The notes under the pieces: model-generated
Seen by the model: only the letters and a program-made list of their open reading frames with translations
Database searches by the model: none
Told to the model about the DNA's origin: nothing
Made by a program: the position numbers and the translations under genes
In this document: in pieces, positions 1-9,957 of the stretch
Numbering within the stretch: the stretch's first letter is position 1
Layout: each line of letters begins with the position of its first letter
Assembly (NCBI GenBank): GCA_023412275.1
Contig: JAEYNY010000115.1
Span: forward strand, 402 to 64,401
DNA from: Bacillota bacterium
GTDB lineage: Bacteria > Bacillota > Clostridia > Acetivibrionales > DSM-1351
Direction: 5' to 3'
Length of the DNA: 64,000 bases

Positions 1-2
1 AA

Positions 3-598
3 ATATTGGAAATATGTAAAAAGATTATTAGGAATGATGACAAGGTTTTTTTTAATACACTATTTCAAATACGCAGAAGGAATCTCATTGTAAAGAAGTT
101 ATTAGAATACTTTGAAGGTTCTAATAGTATTATACTTGACGGATTTGTAAATTTCAGATTAAAAGATTATAACAAAGAGCTGGAAGAAGTTATTGATAAT
201 GCAGTTGATGATTTTTTAATTGAACGTGAATACAAGGAGTTTATAAGGCTTTTGAAATATTTCGTTGAAATACAGGATTCCAAATTCAATGTTGTTCATG
301 TTGTATGGAGTATGATGATAACTATATGCTTTTGGATGAAAAGAAGCATGAAATAACCAATGAATGTATTCAGGAATTTGTAACTGAGCTGTCTGAGGCA
401 GATATAAGCCATGACGACCTTTTGGTCAGTTCTCTGATAACACTGGCTCCCAGAAACATTATAGTTCACAACTGGGAGAGGTTTAAAAATAAGAAGCTTC
501 TTGATACTATAAAAAACGTTTTTTCAGGAAAAGTTGTTTTATGTAATGGATGCGACATATGCTCTATTGTAATGGTAAAAACAGACAGTAAAGAATAA
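3..598 (+). pseudogene. ytxC: YtxC-family sporulation protein, 5'-truncated by window edge, split by a frameshift near 303-307
   Basis: ORF 6..356 (LDGFVNFRLKDY...EREYKEFIRLLKYFV) and ORF 305..598 (DDLLVSSLITLAP...TIKNVF...CNGCDIC) are consecutive parts of YtxC. GTA and ATG share A305; adding one A restores V-H-V-V-M-E-Y. Could be a sequencing error. Confidence 0.75.
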
Positions 599-658
599 TA
601 TTTACAAACACCGGGAAAAATAGTAATATAGTACTAGACCTTTTAAGGTCATTATATA

Positions 659-687
659 TTGACAAAGAGTCGCTATATAAATACAAT
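659..687 (+). promoter_or_regulatory. sigma-A-type promoter TTGACA-17-TACAAT
   Basis: TTGACA 659-664, 17-nt spacer, TACAAT 682-687. Confidence 0.6.
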
Positions 688-696
688 ATATTGTGT
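681..696. promoter_or_regulatory. NrdR-box-like palindrome overlapping the -10 element
   Basis: ATACAATATATTGTGT vs NrdR consensus acaCwAtATaTwGtgt; weaker copy TTACAGTATATTGATA at 699-714. Confidence 0.45.
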
Positions 697-834
697 AATT
701 ACAGTATATTGATAATAAATAACATGTATTGGCAATATGCTAATATGTCTTATTTTAAATGTACAAATGACAAAATATAACTTACTTACTAAAGACAAAA
801 AACAAAATTACAAATGAAGAATGTCCGGGGAAAA

Positions 835-869
835 GAAAAGAGAGTCTTGTGACTCTCTTTTCCCTTTTT
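835..869 (+). terminator. intrinsic terminator
   Basis: GAAAAGAGAGTC-ttgt-GACTCTCTTTTC perfect 12-bp stem followed by CCTTTTT. Confidence 0.75.
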
Positions 870-935
870 ACGTATTTTGTGCTATATTAATATAACAGAA
901 TAAAATATACGGGAAATTCTTAGGAGGAGTACTTT

Positions 936-1760
936 TTGAAAGTAATAGGATTTGTAGGCCCGAGTGGGACAGGCAAAAGCCATAGAGCTTCATGGGTTGC
1001 CAGAGAACGCGGAACTGATTTTATTATAGATGACGGGCTTCTTATAAAGGGCAATCAGATTATTGCAGGTGTTTCAGCGAAAAAGGAAAGCACTAAGATT
1101 GCCTCAATTAAAAGGGCTTTATTCACGGACAAAAAACATACGGAAGATGTAGCAAACGCACTTACACTCTACAATGCACAAGCACTTCTCATTCTGGGAA
1201 CCTCCGACGGGATGGTAGAAACCATAGCTGAAAGGCTTGGAATAGGCCCTGTAGATGAGAAAGTGTATATTACCGATGTTGCCAGCGAATACGAAATCAA
1301 ACAGGCTTTGGCAACAAGACGGGAACAGGGCAAACATGTTATACCTGTGCCAACCTTCGAAATAAAGAAGGACTTCTCAGGTTATTTCCTTGACCCCCTT
1401 CAGATATTCAGACGAAAAGGAAAAGGCAGCTATCAGCTGGTAGGAGAAAAATCCGTTGTTCGTCCCACCTTCAGTTATATGGGAAATTACACTATATCGG
1501 ATTATACAATTTACCAGATAGTAGAGTATGTAACGGCAAATATTCCTGGCGTGTCAAAAATATCCAGATTCAGAGCTGAAAACAGGCCGGATGGAATATA
1601 CATTGAGATGGATCTGGTTCTGATTTATGGTTATATGATTAAACCTCTTTTAAGAGAGGTTCAGGAAAAAGTAAGTGAACAGATAAAGCATCTGACTGCA
1701 CTTAATATCCAGAGAATGAATGTTGTAGCCAAGAGCCTTGTAGTTGAGAATAAGAAATAA
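936..1760 (+). CDS. P-loop NTPase-like protein with C-terminal Asp23/Gls24-like domain
   Basis: Walker A GPSGTGKS; C-terminal 'IYQIVEYVTANIPGV...VQEKVSEQIKHLTALNIQRMNVVA' resembles Asp23; RBS AGGAGG before TTG. Confidence 0.7.
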   Translation: MKVIGFVGPSGTGKSHRASWVARERGTDFIIDDGLLIKGNQIIAGVSAKKESTKIASIKRALFTDKKHTEDVANALTLYNAQALLILGTSDGMVETIAERLGIGPVDEKVYITDVASEYEIKQALATRREQGKHVIPVPTFEIKKDFSGYFLDPLQIFRRKGKGSYQLVGEKSVVRPTFSYMGNYTISDYTIYQIVEYVTANIPGVSKISRFRAENRPDGIYIEMDLVLIYGYMIKPLLREVQEKVSEQIKHLTALNIQRMNVVAKSLVVENKK

Positions 1761-1775
1761 AGGAACATTTTTAGC

Positions 1776-2918
1776 ATGAGTGAAGAAATTAAGCGTATTA
1801 CTCCTGAAGAAGCATTAAAGCAATGTAATCACGAATACAGGGGTAAGCTGAAAATATTTATTGGCTATGCTCCCGGAGTCGGCAAAACCTACTCTATGCT
1901 CAATGAAGGAAACAGAAGGGCAAAGAGGGGAAAGGATATTGTCATCGGCTATGTTGAATCTCATCAAAGAGAAGAAACCGATCGGCAAATCGGACAACTT
2001 GAAATAATACCTAGAAAGAATATTGAATATAATGGTGTGGTTATGGAAGAAATGGATACAGATTCCATAATTGCAAGGAGACCACAGATAGTTCTGGTTG
2101 ATGAACTTGCCCATACTAATGTTCCCGGTTCAAAAAACCAAAAGCGTTATGAGGATGTAGAAGAAATTCTTTGTCATGGAATAAATGTAATAGCAACCTT
2201 AAATATTCAGCACATGGAAAGCCTGAACGATGTGATAAGGCAAATCACCGGTATAGCCGTAAGGGAGACTATTCCCGACTATATTGTAGAAAAAGCTGAC
2301 GAAGTCGTTGTTGTCGACATAACTCCTGATGCCCTTCAGAACAGGCTTAAAAGAGGAAATGTATATAACCTGGAAAAGGTACCTCAAGCACTTAAAAACT
2401 TTTTTAGAAAAGGAAACCTGAATGCTCTCAGGGAATTGGCTCTGCGGCAGACTGCCGAAGAGGTGGACGAAGAACTGGAAGAGTACATGAAGGAACATGG
2501 TATAAAAGACAACTGGCGGATTGTTGAAAGGGTAATGGTATGTATCGGTTCAAGTCCTTCCGCTAAGAGACTTATACGCAGAGGAGCCAGAATAGCCAGA
2601 AGGTATAAGTGTGAATGGCTAGTAGTTAGTGTAGATTGTACAAATACTTTTGCCCCTAAAACTACTCCCGAACAGCTTGAAATGCTTGAAAATTATCATA
2701 AGCTTGCAAGACAGCTTGGCGCAGAGGTTGAGAGACTAAAAGGCAAAAGTGTATCCGGCGAGCTTGCCAAGTTTGCGAATGAAAGGCATATAACCCAGAT
2801 AATTATAGGCCATTCCAGAAGGACAAAGCTACAAACATTTTTACGTGGCTCAACAGTTTCAAAATTGTTAAAACAAACAAAGAATATAGAAGTTCATGTA
2901 ATTCCCAATGATTTTTAG
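1776..2918 (+). CDS. kdpD: stand-alone KdpD N-terminal sensor plus Usp domain (no TM or kinase part)
   Basis: GKLKIFIGYAPGVGKTYSML, LVDELAHTNVPGS, NIQHMESLND, NFFRKGNLNALRELALR; Usp ITQIIIGHSRR...GSTVSKLL. Confidence 0.88.
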   Translation: MSEEIKRITPEEALKQCNHEYRGKLKIFIGYAPGVGKTYSMLNEGNRRAKRGKDIVIGYVESHQREETDRQIGQLEIIPRKNIEYNGVVMEEMDTDSIIARRPQIVLVDELAHTNVPGSKNQKRYEDVEEILCHGINVIATLNIQHMESLNDVIRQITGIAVRETIPDYIVEKADEVVVVDITPDALQNRLKRGNVYNLEKVPQALKNFFRKGNLNALRELALRQTAEEVDEELEEYMKEHGIKDNWRIVERVMVCIGSSPSAKRLIRRGARIARRYKCEWLVVSVDCTNTFAPKTTPEQLEMLENYHKLARQLGAEVERLKGKSVSGELAKFANERHITQIIIGHSRRTKLQTFLRGSTVSKLLKQTKNIEVHVIPNDF

Positions 2919-2979
2919 AAAAAGGAAATATCATACACCAAACTGTAAAAGTAGACTGGCATATGATAGTTCCTTTTTT
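2919..2979. terminator. probable bidirectional terminator between convergent genes
   Basis: AAAAAGGAAATATCATA ... TATGATAGTTCCTTTTT inverted repeat. Confidence 0.6.
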
Positions 2980-2985
2980 GTATTA

Positions 2986-4860
2986 TTAATTATTCTTTGT
3001 ATTTTTTAAAACAAATTTATCATTTTTCAATTGAAGCGGCATTGTGGCAACAACAATATGCTTATGCTTAAGTAATTCCCTTTGTATAAAATAGGAAGTG
3101 TTGTTATGCATTATTTTCTGCCACCAGGACTTAACAGAAAATTGAGGTACAATCACTGTTATCATATCACCTTTTTCGTATTCATACTCTGTAGATTCGA
3201 TAAACTTTAGCAAAGGTGAAACTACCTTTCTGTAAGGCGAGTATTTTACTATCAGCGGTATATCGGTATTTATCATGGAGTACTTCTCTTTTATCTTATT
3301 TGCCTGCTCCTCATCAATGGAAATATTAAAAGCAATTACTTTATCGGAAATTGTTTTGGCAAACCTCAAAGCTCTTAAACTCGATTGATTAATACTTTCC
3401 ATCGGTACGATAACGAGGTTTTTATAACAGCTTTTTTCTATACTGAAGCCTTTGAGATCGCACTCTTTTATTTCCAACTGTTTTGCAAGTGCAACATAGT
3501 GCTTTTTTATCCGCATAAACATCATGACCAGAACAGGTGTGATAATAATAACAATCCAGGCACCAGCCTTGAACTTTTCAAAGGCGATTATCAGAACAAC
3601 AACTGCTGTAGTCAAAGTGCCGAACCCGTTTATAAATGCCTTGGGCCTCCACCATTTTCCCTTTATCCTTCTCCATCTCATAACCATACCAAACTGTGAA
3701 AGAGTAAAAGAAGAAAATGCTCCGATTGCATATAGCGGAAGCAGTAGAGTCACATCACCTCTGAATACAAGGATCAGAATTGCCGCAATGGCAGACAATA
3801 TAATAATACCATTGGAAAAGCTGAGTCTGTCACCCCTCATACTGAATTGCCTTGGCACATATCCGTCTTTACCCATAATTGACATAAGCAGAGGGAAGTC
3901 CGAATATGCTGTATTTGCCGCCATTACCAAAATGAGAATGGAAGTGGCAGTATAAAAATAAAACATTAAATTGTTTCCGAACACATTAAATGCAATTTGG
4001 TTCAATACAGTTTTGCCTTCAACAGGTACAATGTGATACATATTTGCAAGTATAGATATACCTCCGAATATAAGTAATACAAAAAGTGATAGCAGCCACA
4101 ATGTCTTTTTGGCATGCTTTGCAGCGGGCTTGTCAAAATTGGGAACGGCATTGCTGACGGCTTCAACACCTGTTAATGCCGTACATCCATTGGAAAATGC
4201 CTTTAAAATAAGAAATATACTTACAGCCCCGTTTGCTTTCATTTGCACGATAGGCTCTACAGGGTGAGCAACGCCAAGTCGAATCTTGACAATTCCAATG
4301 ATAATCATAACTAATGATCCTATGATAAATAAATAGGTGGGTATACTGAACATTCTCGAAGATTCTTTGATTCCCCTTAAATTGCCTATCATTATAAATA
4401 ATAATACCAAAATACAGATTAAGACGTGGTACGGAGCTAACGAATGAAAAGCAGAAGTCAGTTGGGCAATACCGGACGAAATACTTACGGCTACGGTAAG
4501 AATATAATCTATTGCCAAAGATGTACCTGCTGTTACTCCCGCTACATGCCCAAGGTTGTCAGAGGCCACAATATACGCACCGCCACCGCTTGTGTATGCG
4601 GATATAGTTTGACTGTAAGAAAATGTGAGAATAACCAGTAATGCGATAATTGCAAGCGAAATATACGTTAGATACATAAAAGACAATGCACCTATTACAG
4701 GTACCAAAGCAAGCAGAATTTCTTCCCCTGCATAGCCTACGGATGATATAGAGTCGCTTGCCAATATTGGAAGTCCCCATAATACTTTATATTTTTCTCC
4801 ATGGATAGCTTCATTTTTAAGAGGCTTTCCTATTAAAACTTTTTTAATCCATTGAAACAT
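2986..4860 (-). CDS. kimA: APC-superfamily K+ transporter, KimA/YdaO type
   Basis: LASDSISSVGY, GGGAYIVASDNLG, IDYILTVAVSISSG, AFSNGCTALTGVEAVSN, PLYAIGAF; start moved to ATG 4860 behind RBS AAGGGGG. Confidence 0.85.
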   Translation of the reverse strand: MFQWIKKVLIGKPLKNEAIHGEKYKVLWGLPILASDSISSVGYAGEEILLALVPVIGALSFMYLTYISLAIIALLVILTFSYSQTISAYTSGGGAYIVASDNLGHVAGVTAGTSLAIDYILTVAVSISSGIAQLTSAFHSLAPYHVLICILVLLFIMIGNLRGIKESSRMFSIPTYLFIIGSLVMIIIGIVKIRLGVAHPVEPIVQMKANGAVSIFLILKAFSNGCTALTGVEAVSNAVPNFDKPAAKHAKKTLWLLSLFVLLIFGGISILANMYHIVPVEGKTVLNQIAFNVFGNNLMFYFYTATSILILVMAANTAYSDFPLLMSIMGKDGYVPRQFSMRGDRLSFSNGIIILSAIAAILILVFRGDVTLLLPLYAIGAFSSFTLSQFGMVMRWRRIKGKWWRPKAFINGFGTLTTAVVVLIIAFEKFKAGAWIVIIITPVLVMMFMRIKKHYVALAKQLEIKECDLKGFSIEKSCYKNLVIVPMESINQSSLRALRFAKTISDKVIAFNISIDEEQANKIKEKYSMINTDIPLIVKYSPYRKVVSPLLKFIESTEYEYEKGDMITVIVPQFSVKSWWQKIMHNNTSYFIQRELLKHKHIVVATMPLQLKNDKFVLKNTKNN

Positions 4861-5117
4861 TTTATCCCCCTTGATGTGCACATTGATGAATGTAGTTCTA
4901 TGTGAAAATCAAAATAGATTATATATCTAAGCACTGTTTATCTAAAGCTCCAAAAAAATGGGGATAAAAAATTACCCAGTATACTGCAGACTGTTAACTG
5001 AAACTATCTTTCTGAATCGAAGATAACCGGGAGATATCTCCGGAATACTATTAGTATAGAAATTAGATGAGAATAGGGGAGCTGTTACCAAAGTGTATTT
5101 ATGCAATATATTTATTT

Positions 5118-5255
5118 TCATTCATCATCCCTGTCAATTTTATAATTGTAGTTTCGTTCTTTTTTAAAATTTAAATAATCATTGATTTTCTTTATTAGAT
5201 AAATAGCAACTATTGCTATAGAAAATGAGCCTATTCCAATTAGTATTTTATCCAT
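5118..5255 (-). CDS. 45-aa single-pass membrane peptide (not in ORF track)
   Basis: MDKILIGIGSFSIAIVAIYLIKKINDYLNFKKERNYNYKIDRDDE; RBS AAGGGGTGGGG just upstream; hydrophobic N-terminal half followed by KK; co-oriented just after kdpC. Confidence 0.65.
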   Translation of the reverse strand: MDKILIGIGSFSIAIVAIYLIKKINDYLNFKKERNYNYKIDRDDE

Positions 5256-5299
5256 TGACCCCACCCCTTTTTGTTTACATTTTAAAATGTACCTAAAAA

Positions 5300-5920
5300 T
5301 TATTTTAGTCTGTTTAAGATTTCTATATTTGCTTTCAGTACATTGAACCTTGGTTCTCCGAATAAACCCAGTGTTCTGGCTTTAGTGTATTTTTCAATAA
5401 TCCTCTTCAAGTCATCAATACTGATGCCTGTTGCCTTCGAAATTGCCGGAACTTGAATTATGGCTGCATCTGGACTGATATCAGGGTCTAAACATGAACC
5501 TGAGCTTGTCAAAAGATCAGCAGGGATATCCTCTTTCCTCACACCGGGGTTTGCTTTTAAAAAAGCATCCATGTCCTTCGTTACACGTTCTGCCAGTGCA
5601 GGATTGGATGGTGCAAGGTTTGCTGAGCCGGAAACTGGACCTGAATAAGCTGCTTTCCCGTCCTTGCCCGGCTTTTTATCCTCAGGCTTGTAGGTATTAT
5701 AGTTTACAGAGGATACTCTGCCGTGAAAAAATCTTGAATCAGTAAAATCCTGACCCAGCAGTTCGGAACCAACCTGTTTACCGTTAGTTTCTACGATACT
5801 GCCGTTTGCCTCATGGGGGAACAGCAGCTGGCTTACTCCGGTCATAGCAAGGGGATAAATTAATCCGCAAATTATAAATAAAGCAATAGTTATTGTTACA
5901 GCTCGTAAAAGTACTTTCAT
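5300..5920 (-). CDS. kdpC: K+-transporting ATPase subunit C
   Basis: [74 protein letters not shown] before ATG 5920. Confidence 0.95.
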   Translation of the reverse strand: MKVLLRAVTITIALFIICGLIYPLAMTGVSQLLFPHEANGSIVETNGKQVGSELLGQDFTDSRFFHGRVSSVNYNTYKPEDKKPGKDGKAAYSGPVSGSANLAPSNPALAERVTKDMDAFLKANPGVRKEDIPADLLTSSGSCLDPDISPDAAIIQVPAISKATGISIDDLKRIIEKYTKARTLGLFGEPRFNVLKANIEILNRLK

Positions 5921-5939
5921 AAATTGCCTCCTTAACACA

Positions 5940-8000
5940 TTAACCCAAATTTAAAAATTTCAGAATAGGGCTTATTAAAACATCTATCAATTTAATTCCT
6001 ATAAACGGTACTGCCATCCCGCCCAATCCGTAAATCAGCATATTTTTTGCAAGCATGGCTTCAGCACTCATAGGCTTATATTTAACACCCCTCATGGCAA
6101 TTGGAATTAGTGCAGGTATAATAACTGCATTAAATATCAGTGCCGACAGAATTGCACTATTGGGAGTGGAAAGCCCCATTACATTCAATACTCTCATTTG
6201 AGGTATTGATAATGTAAACATAGCCGGAATTATTGCAAAATACTTTGCAACATCATTTGCAATACTGAAGGTTGTTAATGAGCCCCGTGTAATAAGGAGC
6301 TGCTTACCGATTTCCACAACTTCAATAATCTTTGTGGGGTCAGAGTCTAAGTCCACCATGTTAGCAGCTTCCTTTGCGGCCACAGTACCGCTGTTCATGG
6401 CAAGACCTACATCAGCCTGTGCCAGCGCAGGAGCATCGTTTGTTCCGTCACCCGTCATTGCTACAAGCCGGCCCAAAGCCTGCTCACGCTTAATTACGTC
6501 TATTTTGTCCTCGGGTTTACATTCTGCAATAAAGTCATCAACTCCGGCTTCTTTTGCAATCGTCTCTGCAGTAAGGGGATTATCCCCGGTACACATAATT
6601 GTTTTTATCCCGATTTGGCGCAAACGCTGAAACCTTTCAACAAGGCCGGGCTTAACAGTATCTTTCAGGTATATGACTCCTATTATCTCCTTGTCAACGC
6701 ATACAACAAGAGGTGTTCCCCCAAGCTTTGAAATTTTATCTACATTTGCTTGAAGGTCCTCAGGAACAATTCCTCCATGCTCTGAAATATATTTTTGGAT
6801 AGTGTCGGAAGCACCTTTTCGTACAAGTTTTCCATTGGGCAGATTTAGACCACTCATCCGTGTCTGACTTGTAAACTCTATATTTTCGGCTTTATCGTAC
6901 TCTGACTTGTCAATAGTGATTCCCTGCTTAGCTGCCAATTCCACAACAGAACGACCTTCAGGGGTGTCATCCTTCAAGGAGGCAATTACAGCAAACCTTG
7001 CAATGTTTTCCTGGGCAAACTTGCCTACAGGAATAAACTCCGCCGCCAACCTGTTTCCATAGGTAATGGTTCCGGTTTTATCCAGTATCATTGTGTCAAC
7101 GTCTCCGCAGGCTTCAACTGCTTTTCCTGACATAGCAATAACGTTGAAACGGGTTACCCTGTCCATTCCGGCAATACCTATGGCAGATAAAAGACCGCCG
7201 ATGGTAGTGGGTATCAGGCAGACAAGCAAGGCAATTAGTGAGGAAACGGAGATTGTTACACCTGTATAATGAGCCATTGGGTAAAGGGTGATAACTACAA
7301 TCAAAAAAATTACGGTGAGGCTTATAAGGATTGTTGATAAGGCTATTTCATTAGGCGTTTTTTGCCTTGAAGCACCTTCGACAAGGCTTATCATCTTATC
7401 AAGAAAGGATTCTCCGGGGGTTGCTGTTATTTTGATTTTCAGCCAATCGCTGTTTACCTTGGTTCCACCTGTTACAGAGCTAAAGTCGCCACCGGCTTCT
7501 TTAAGTACAGGAGCGGATTCCCCTGTAATGGCTGATTCATCAACGAAAGCAAGGCCTTCCACAACCTCACCGTCATTTGGAATGATATCACCGGGTTCGC
7601 ATAAAACGATATCTCCTTTTTTTATTTCATTGGAGCTTAAAAACTTAATGCTACCGCTTTTGTCTACAAGCTTTGCTTTAGTATCCTTCTTAGTTTTCTT
7701 CATACTATCAGCCTGAGCTTTCCCTCTGCCTTCGGCAACTGCCTCGGCAAAGTTGGCAAAAAGCAGGGTAATGAATAAGATTCCGGAAACTATTCCGTTA
7801 TACAAGGAATTCCCGTTTTTCTCGAGTAGGTTCGGAAAAACAGTCAGAATCAAGGTAATTATAAATCCAATCTCAACTACAAACATCACCGGATTTTTTA
7901 CCATAGCTTTAGGATTAAGCTTTTTAAATGAATCCTTTATTGCATTTTTTAGTATATCCTTTGTTACCCAGCTTTTTTTCTTTTTTAAAATTTCATTCAT
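5940..8000 (-). CDS. kdpB: K+-transporting P-type ATPase subunit B
   Basis: [25 protein letters not shown] phosphorylation motif, [14 protein letters not shown]. Confidence 0.97.
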   Translation of the reverse strand: MNEILKKKKSWVTKDILKNAIKDSFKKLNPKAMVKNPVMFVVEIGFIITLILTVFPNLLEKNGNSLYNGIVSGILFITLLFANFAEAVAEGRGKAQADSMKKTKKDTKAKLVDKSGSIKFLSSNEIKKGDIVLCEPGDIIPNDGEVVEGLAFVDESAITGESAPVLKEAGGDFSSVTGGTKVNSDWLKIKITATPGESFLDKMISLVEGASRQKTPNEIALSTILISLTVIFLIVVITLYPMAHYTGVTISVSSLIALLVCLIPTTIGGLLSAIGIAGMDRVTRFNVIAMSGKAVEACGDVDTMILDKTGTITYGNRLAAEFIPVGKFAQENIARFAVIASLKDDTPEGRSVVELAAKQGITIDKSEYDKAENIEFTSQTRMSGLNLPNGKLVRKGASDTIQKYISEHGGIVPEDLQANVDKISKLGGTPLVVCVDKEIIGVIYLKDTVKPGLVERFQRLRQIGIKTIMCTGDNPLTAETIAKEAGVDDFIAECKPEDKIDVIKREQALGRLVAMTGDGTNDAPALAQADVGLAMNSGTVAAKEAANMVDLDSDPTKIIEVVEIGKQLLITRGSLTTFSIANDVAKYFAIIPAMFTLSIPQMRVLNVMGLSTPNSAILSALIFNAVIIPALIPIAMRGVKYKPMSAEAMLAKNMLIYGLGGMAVPFIGIKLIDVLISPILKFLNLG

Positions 8001-8012
8001 ATACTTATCCTC

Positions 8013-9692
8013 CTACTTTCCCAACGTTAGTTGCTCGGCTATGGGGCCTAAGGCCAATGCCGGGAAAAATGTCAGTGCTCCTACAATTAGCACTACAGCC
8101 ACAAGTATAAAGGCAAAAATAGCTTTATCTGTTCTGAAAGTACCGATTCCAGCAGGTATAAGCCTTTTGGAGGCCAGAGAACCTGAAACTGCAAGTAAAA
8201 TAATAATTGATAGATAACGACCTGCAAACATGACAATGGCTGTTAGAATATTCCAAAAGGGCGTATTATCCACCAGACCTTCAAATCCTGAACCATTGTT
8301 AGCCGCCGATGACGTAAACTCATAAAGAACCTGAGATAATCCATGAAATCCGGGGTTGGTTATAGCCGACAGTCCCTGATGTGAAATAAGAGATATTGCA
8401 GTAGGCATAAGGATTATAAAAGGATGAATAAGAATGGCAATAGCGATTAATTTCATCTCCTTACCTTCTATTTTCTTTCCCAGAAATTCAGGGGTTCTTC
8501 CCACCATTAGTCCGGAAAGGAAAACAGCTAATATTGCATACATAATAATATTCATAAAGCCAACGCCTTCACCGCCGAACACAGTATTAAGCATCATTTG
8601 GAACAGTGGTACCAGCCCCCCAAGGGGTGTAAGTGAGTCGTGCATGTTGTTAACCGAACCTGTGGTAAATGCTGTAGTTACTGTAGTAAAAAGTGAGGAT
8701 TGGGCTATTCCAAACCGTACCTCTTTTCCTTCCATATTACCCATGGACTGGGAAAGACCTGCATTGGCAAGCATAGGGTTACCCCCTGCTTCGGAAAAAT
8801 AGCATACCGGTAAAGATATCAGAAATAAAATAGACATTGCAGCAAATAATACCCACGCCTGCTTTTTGTTTTTAAGCATTATACCAAAGGCATAAACAAG
8901 TGATGCAGGAATTAACATCATTGATATAATTTCAATCAAATTGGAAAGAGGAGTTGGGTTTTCAAAAGGATGTGCGGAGTTTGCCCCGAAGAATCCGCCC
9001 CCGTTTGTACCTATATGCTTAATGGATTCCATACTGGCAACCGGGCCGAGAGGAATATCCTGATAACTTCCCTGCAAGGTAGTTATGGTTTTAGTTCCAT
9101 CTAATGTCTGTGGCACGCCCTGCCACACAAGAATCAATGTTACTATAATTGAAAGTGGCAAAAGAACTCTTGTGATGACACGTACCATATCTATGAAAAA
9201 ATTACCCACAGTTTCCGACTTGCCTGTAATACCACGAATAAAAGCGGCTGCAACTGAAAACCCGGACGCAGCTGATGTGAACATTAAAAATGTGACCGCT
9301 GCCATTTGAGTAAAGTAAGTCATTCCCCATTCTCCGCTGTAATGCTGGAGGTTGGTATTTGTAATAAAGCTAATGGCTGTATTAAAAGCAAGCAGTGGAT
9401 TCAAGCTCTTATTCCCGTCAGGATTGAGTACAAGAACTCCCTGAAGCCTGAAAAGTATATACACAAGTAATACCATTATGAGATTAGTAGCAACAAGGGA
9501 AACAGCGTACTGTTTCCAGCTCATTTCAGATTTTTTAATACCCGTAAGCTTGTATATAACCCCGTCAATCCTGTCAAAACACGGGTCTATAAAGGATTTC
9601 TCACCTGATATAACCTTTGACAGGTACTTTCCCATTGGTATAACCAGAATCATAAATATACTTAGTGTTATTAATATTTGAATAATTTCCAA
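8013..9692 (-). CDS. kdpA: K+-transporting ATPase subunit A
   Basis: FNTAISFITNTNLQHYSGE, GTNGGGFFGANSAHPFENP, MEGKEVRFG, SAANNGSGFEG, ALGPIAE. Confidence 0.97.
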   Translation of the reverse strand: MEIIQILITLSIFMILVIPMGKYLSKVISGEKSFIDPCFDRIDGVIYKLTGIKKSEMSWKQYAVSLVATNLIMVLLVYILFRLQGVLVLNPDGNKSLNPLLAFNTAISFITNTNLQHYSGEWGMTYFTQMAAVTFLMFTSAASGFSVAAAFIRGITGKSETVGNFFIDMVRVITRVLLPLSIIVTLILVWQGVPQTLDGTKTITTLQGSYQDIPLGPVASMESIKHIGTNGGGFFGANSAHPFENPTPLSNLIEIISMMLIPASLVYAFGIMLKNKKQAWVLFAAMSILFLISLPVCYFSEAGGNPMLANAGLSQSMGNMEGKEVRFGIAQSSLFTTVTTAFTTGSVNNMHDSLTPLGGLVPLFQMMLNTVFGGEGVGFMNIIMYAILAVFLSGLMVGRTPEFLGKKIEGKEMKLIAIAILIHPFIILMPTAISLISHQGLSAITNPGFHGLSQVLYEFTSSAANNGSGFEGLVDNTPFWNILTAIVMFAGRYLSIIILLAVSGSLASKRLIPAGIGTFRTDKAIFAFILVAVVLIVGALTFFPALALGPIAEQLTLGK

Positions 9693-9957
9693 AGAATTAA
9701 CCCCCTAAAATTAAATTTCTTACCATTTCCATTTTCTGATGTCTGTTAGATTATAATTCTAAAAGGCTGTATTACTAAAGCTTGAGAATATTCAATTCAG
9801 TCTTTTGCTCACACCTTTAGGGGGAATGAAATTAATTTAGCACACTTACTCACAGCATTATCTCGTATTTTTAATATAAAACGATAGTATGGTTTGTTGA
9901 TAAAAAACAGTTCAGACAATATACTAAATACAAGAAATTTAAATCAGGGGATAAATA

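Noticed and set aside
4882..5117. c-di-AMP (ydaO) riboswitch expected before kimA or kdpA
   Set aside because: Conserved GCUGAAUC, GGAGGAACC and CAGCUAACC elements were not found here or at 9693-9957
4972..5121. 49-aa minus-strand ORF (MKINILHKYTL...) overlapping the stop of the 45-aa peptide
   Set aside because: ATGA coupling is suggestive, but there is no motif or hydrophobic segment; cannot be supported without conservation data
9693..9957. kdpF upstream of kdpA
   Set aside because: Only an 11-codon ORF was found on the minus strand near kdpA; no roughly 29-aa hydrophobic ORF ending PE(K/R)F
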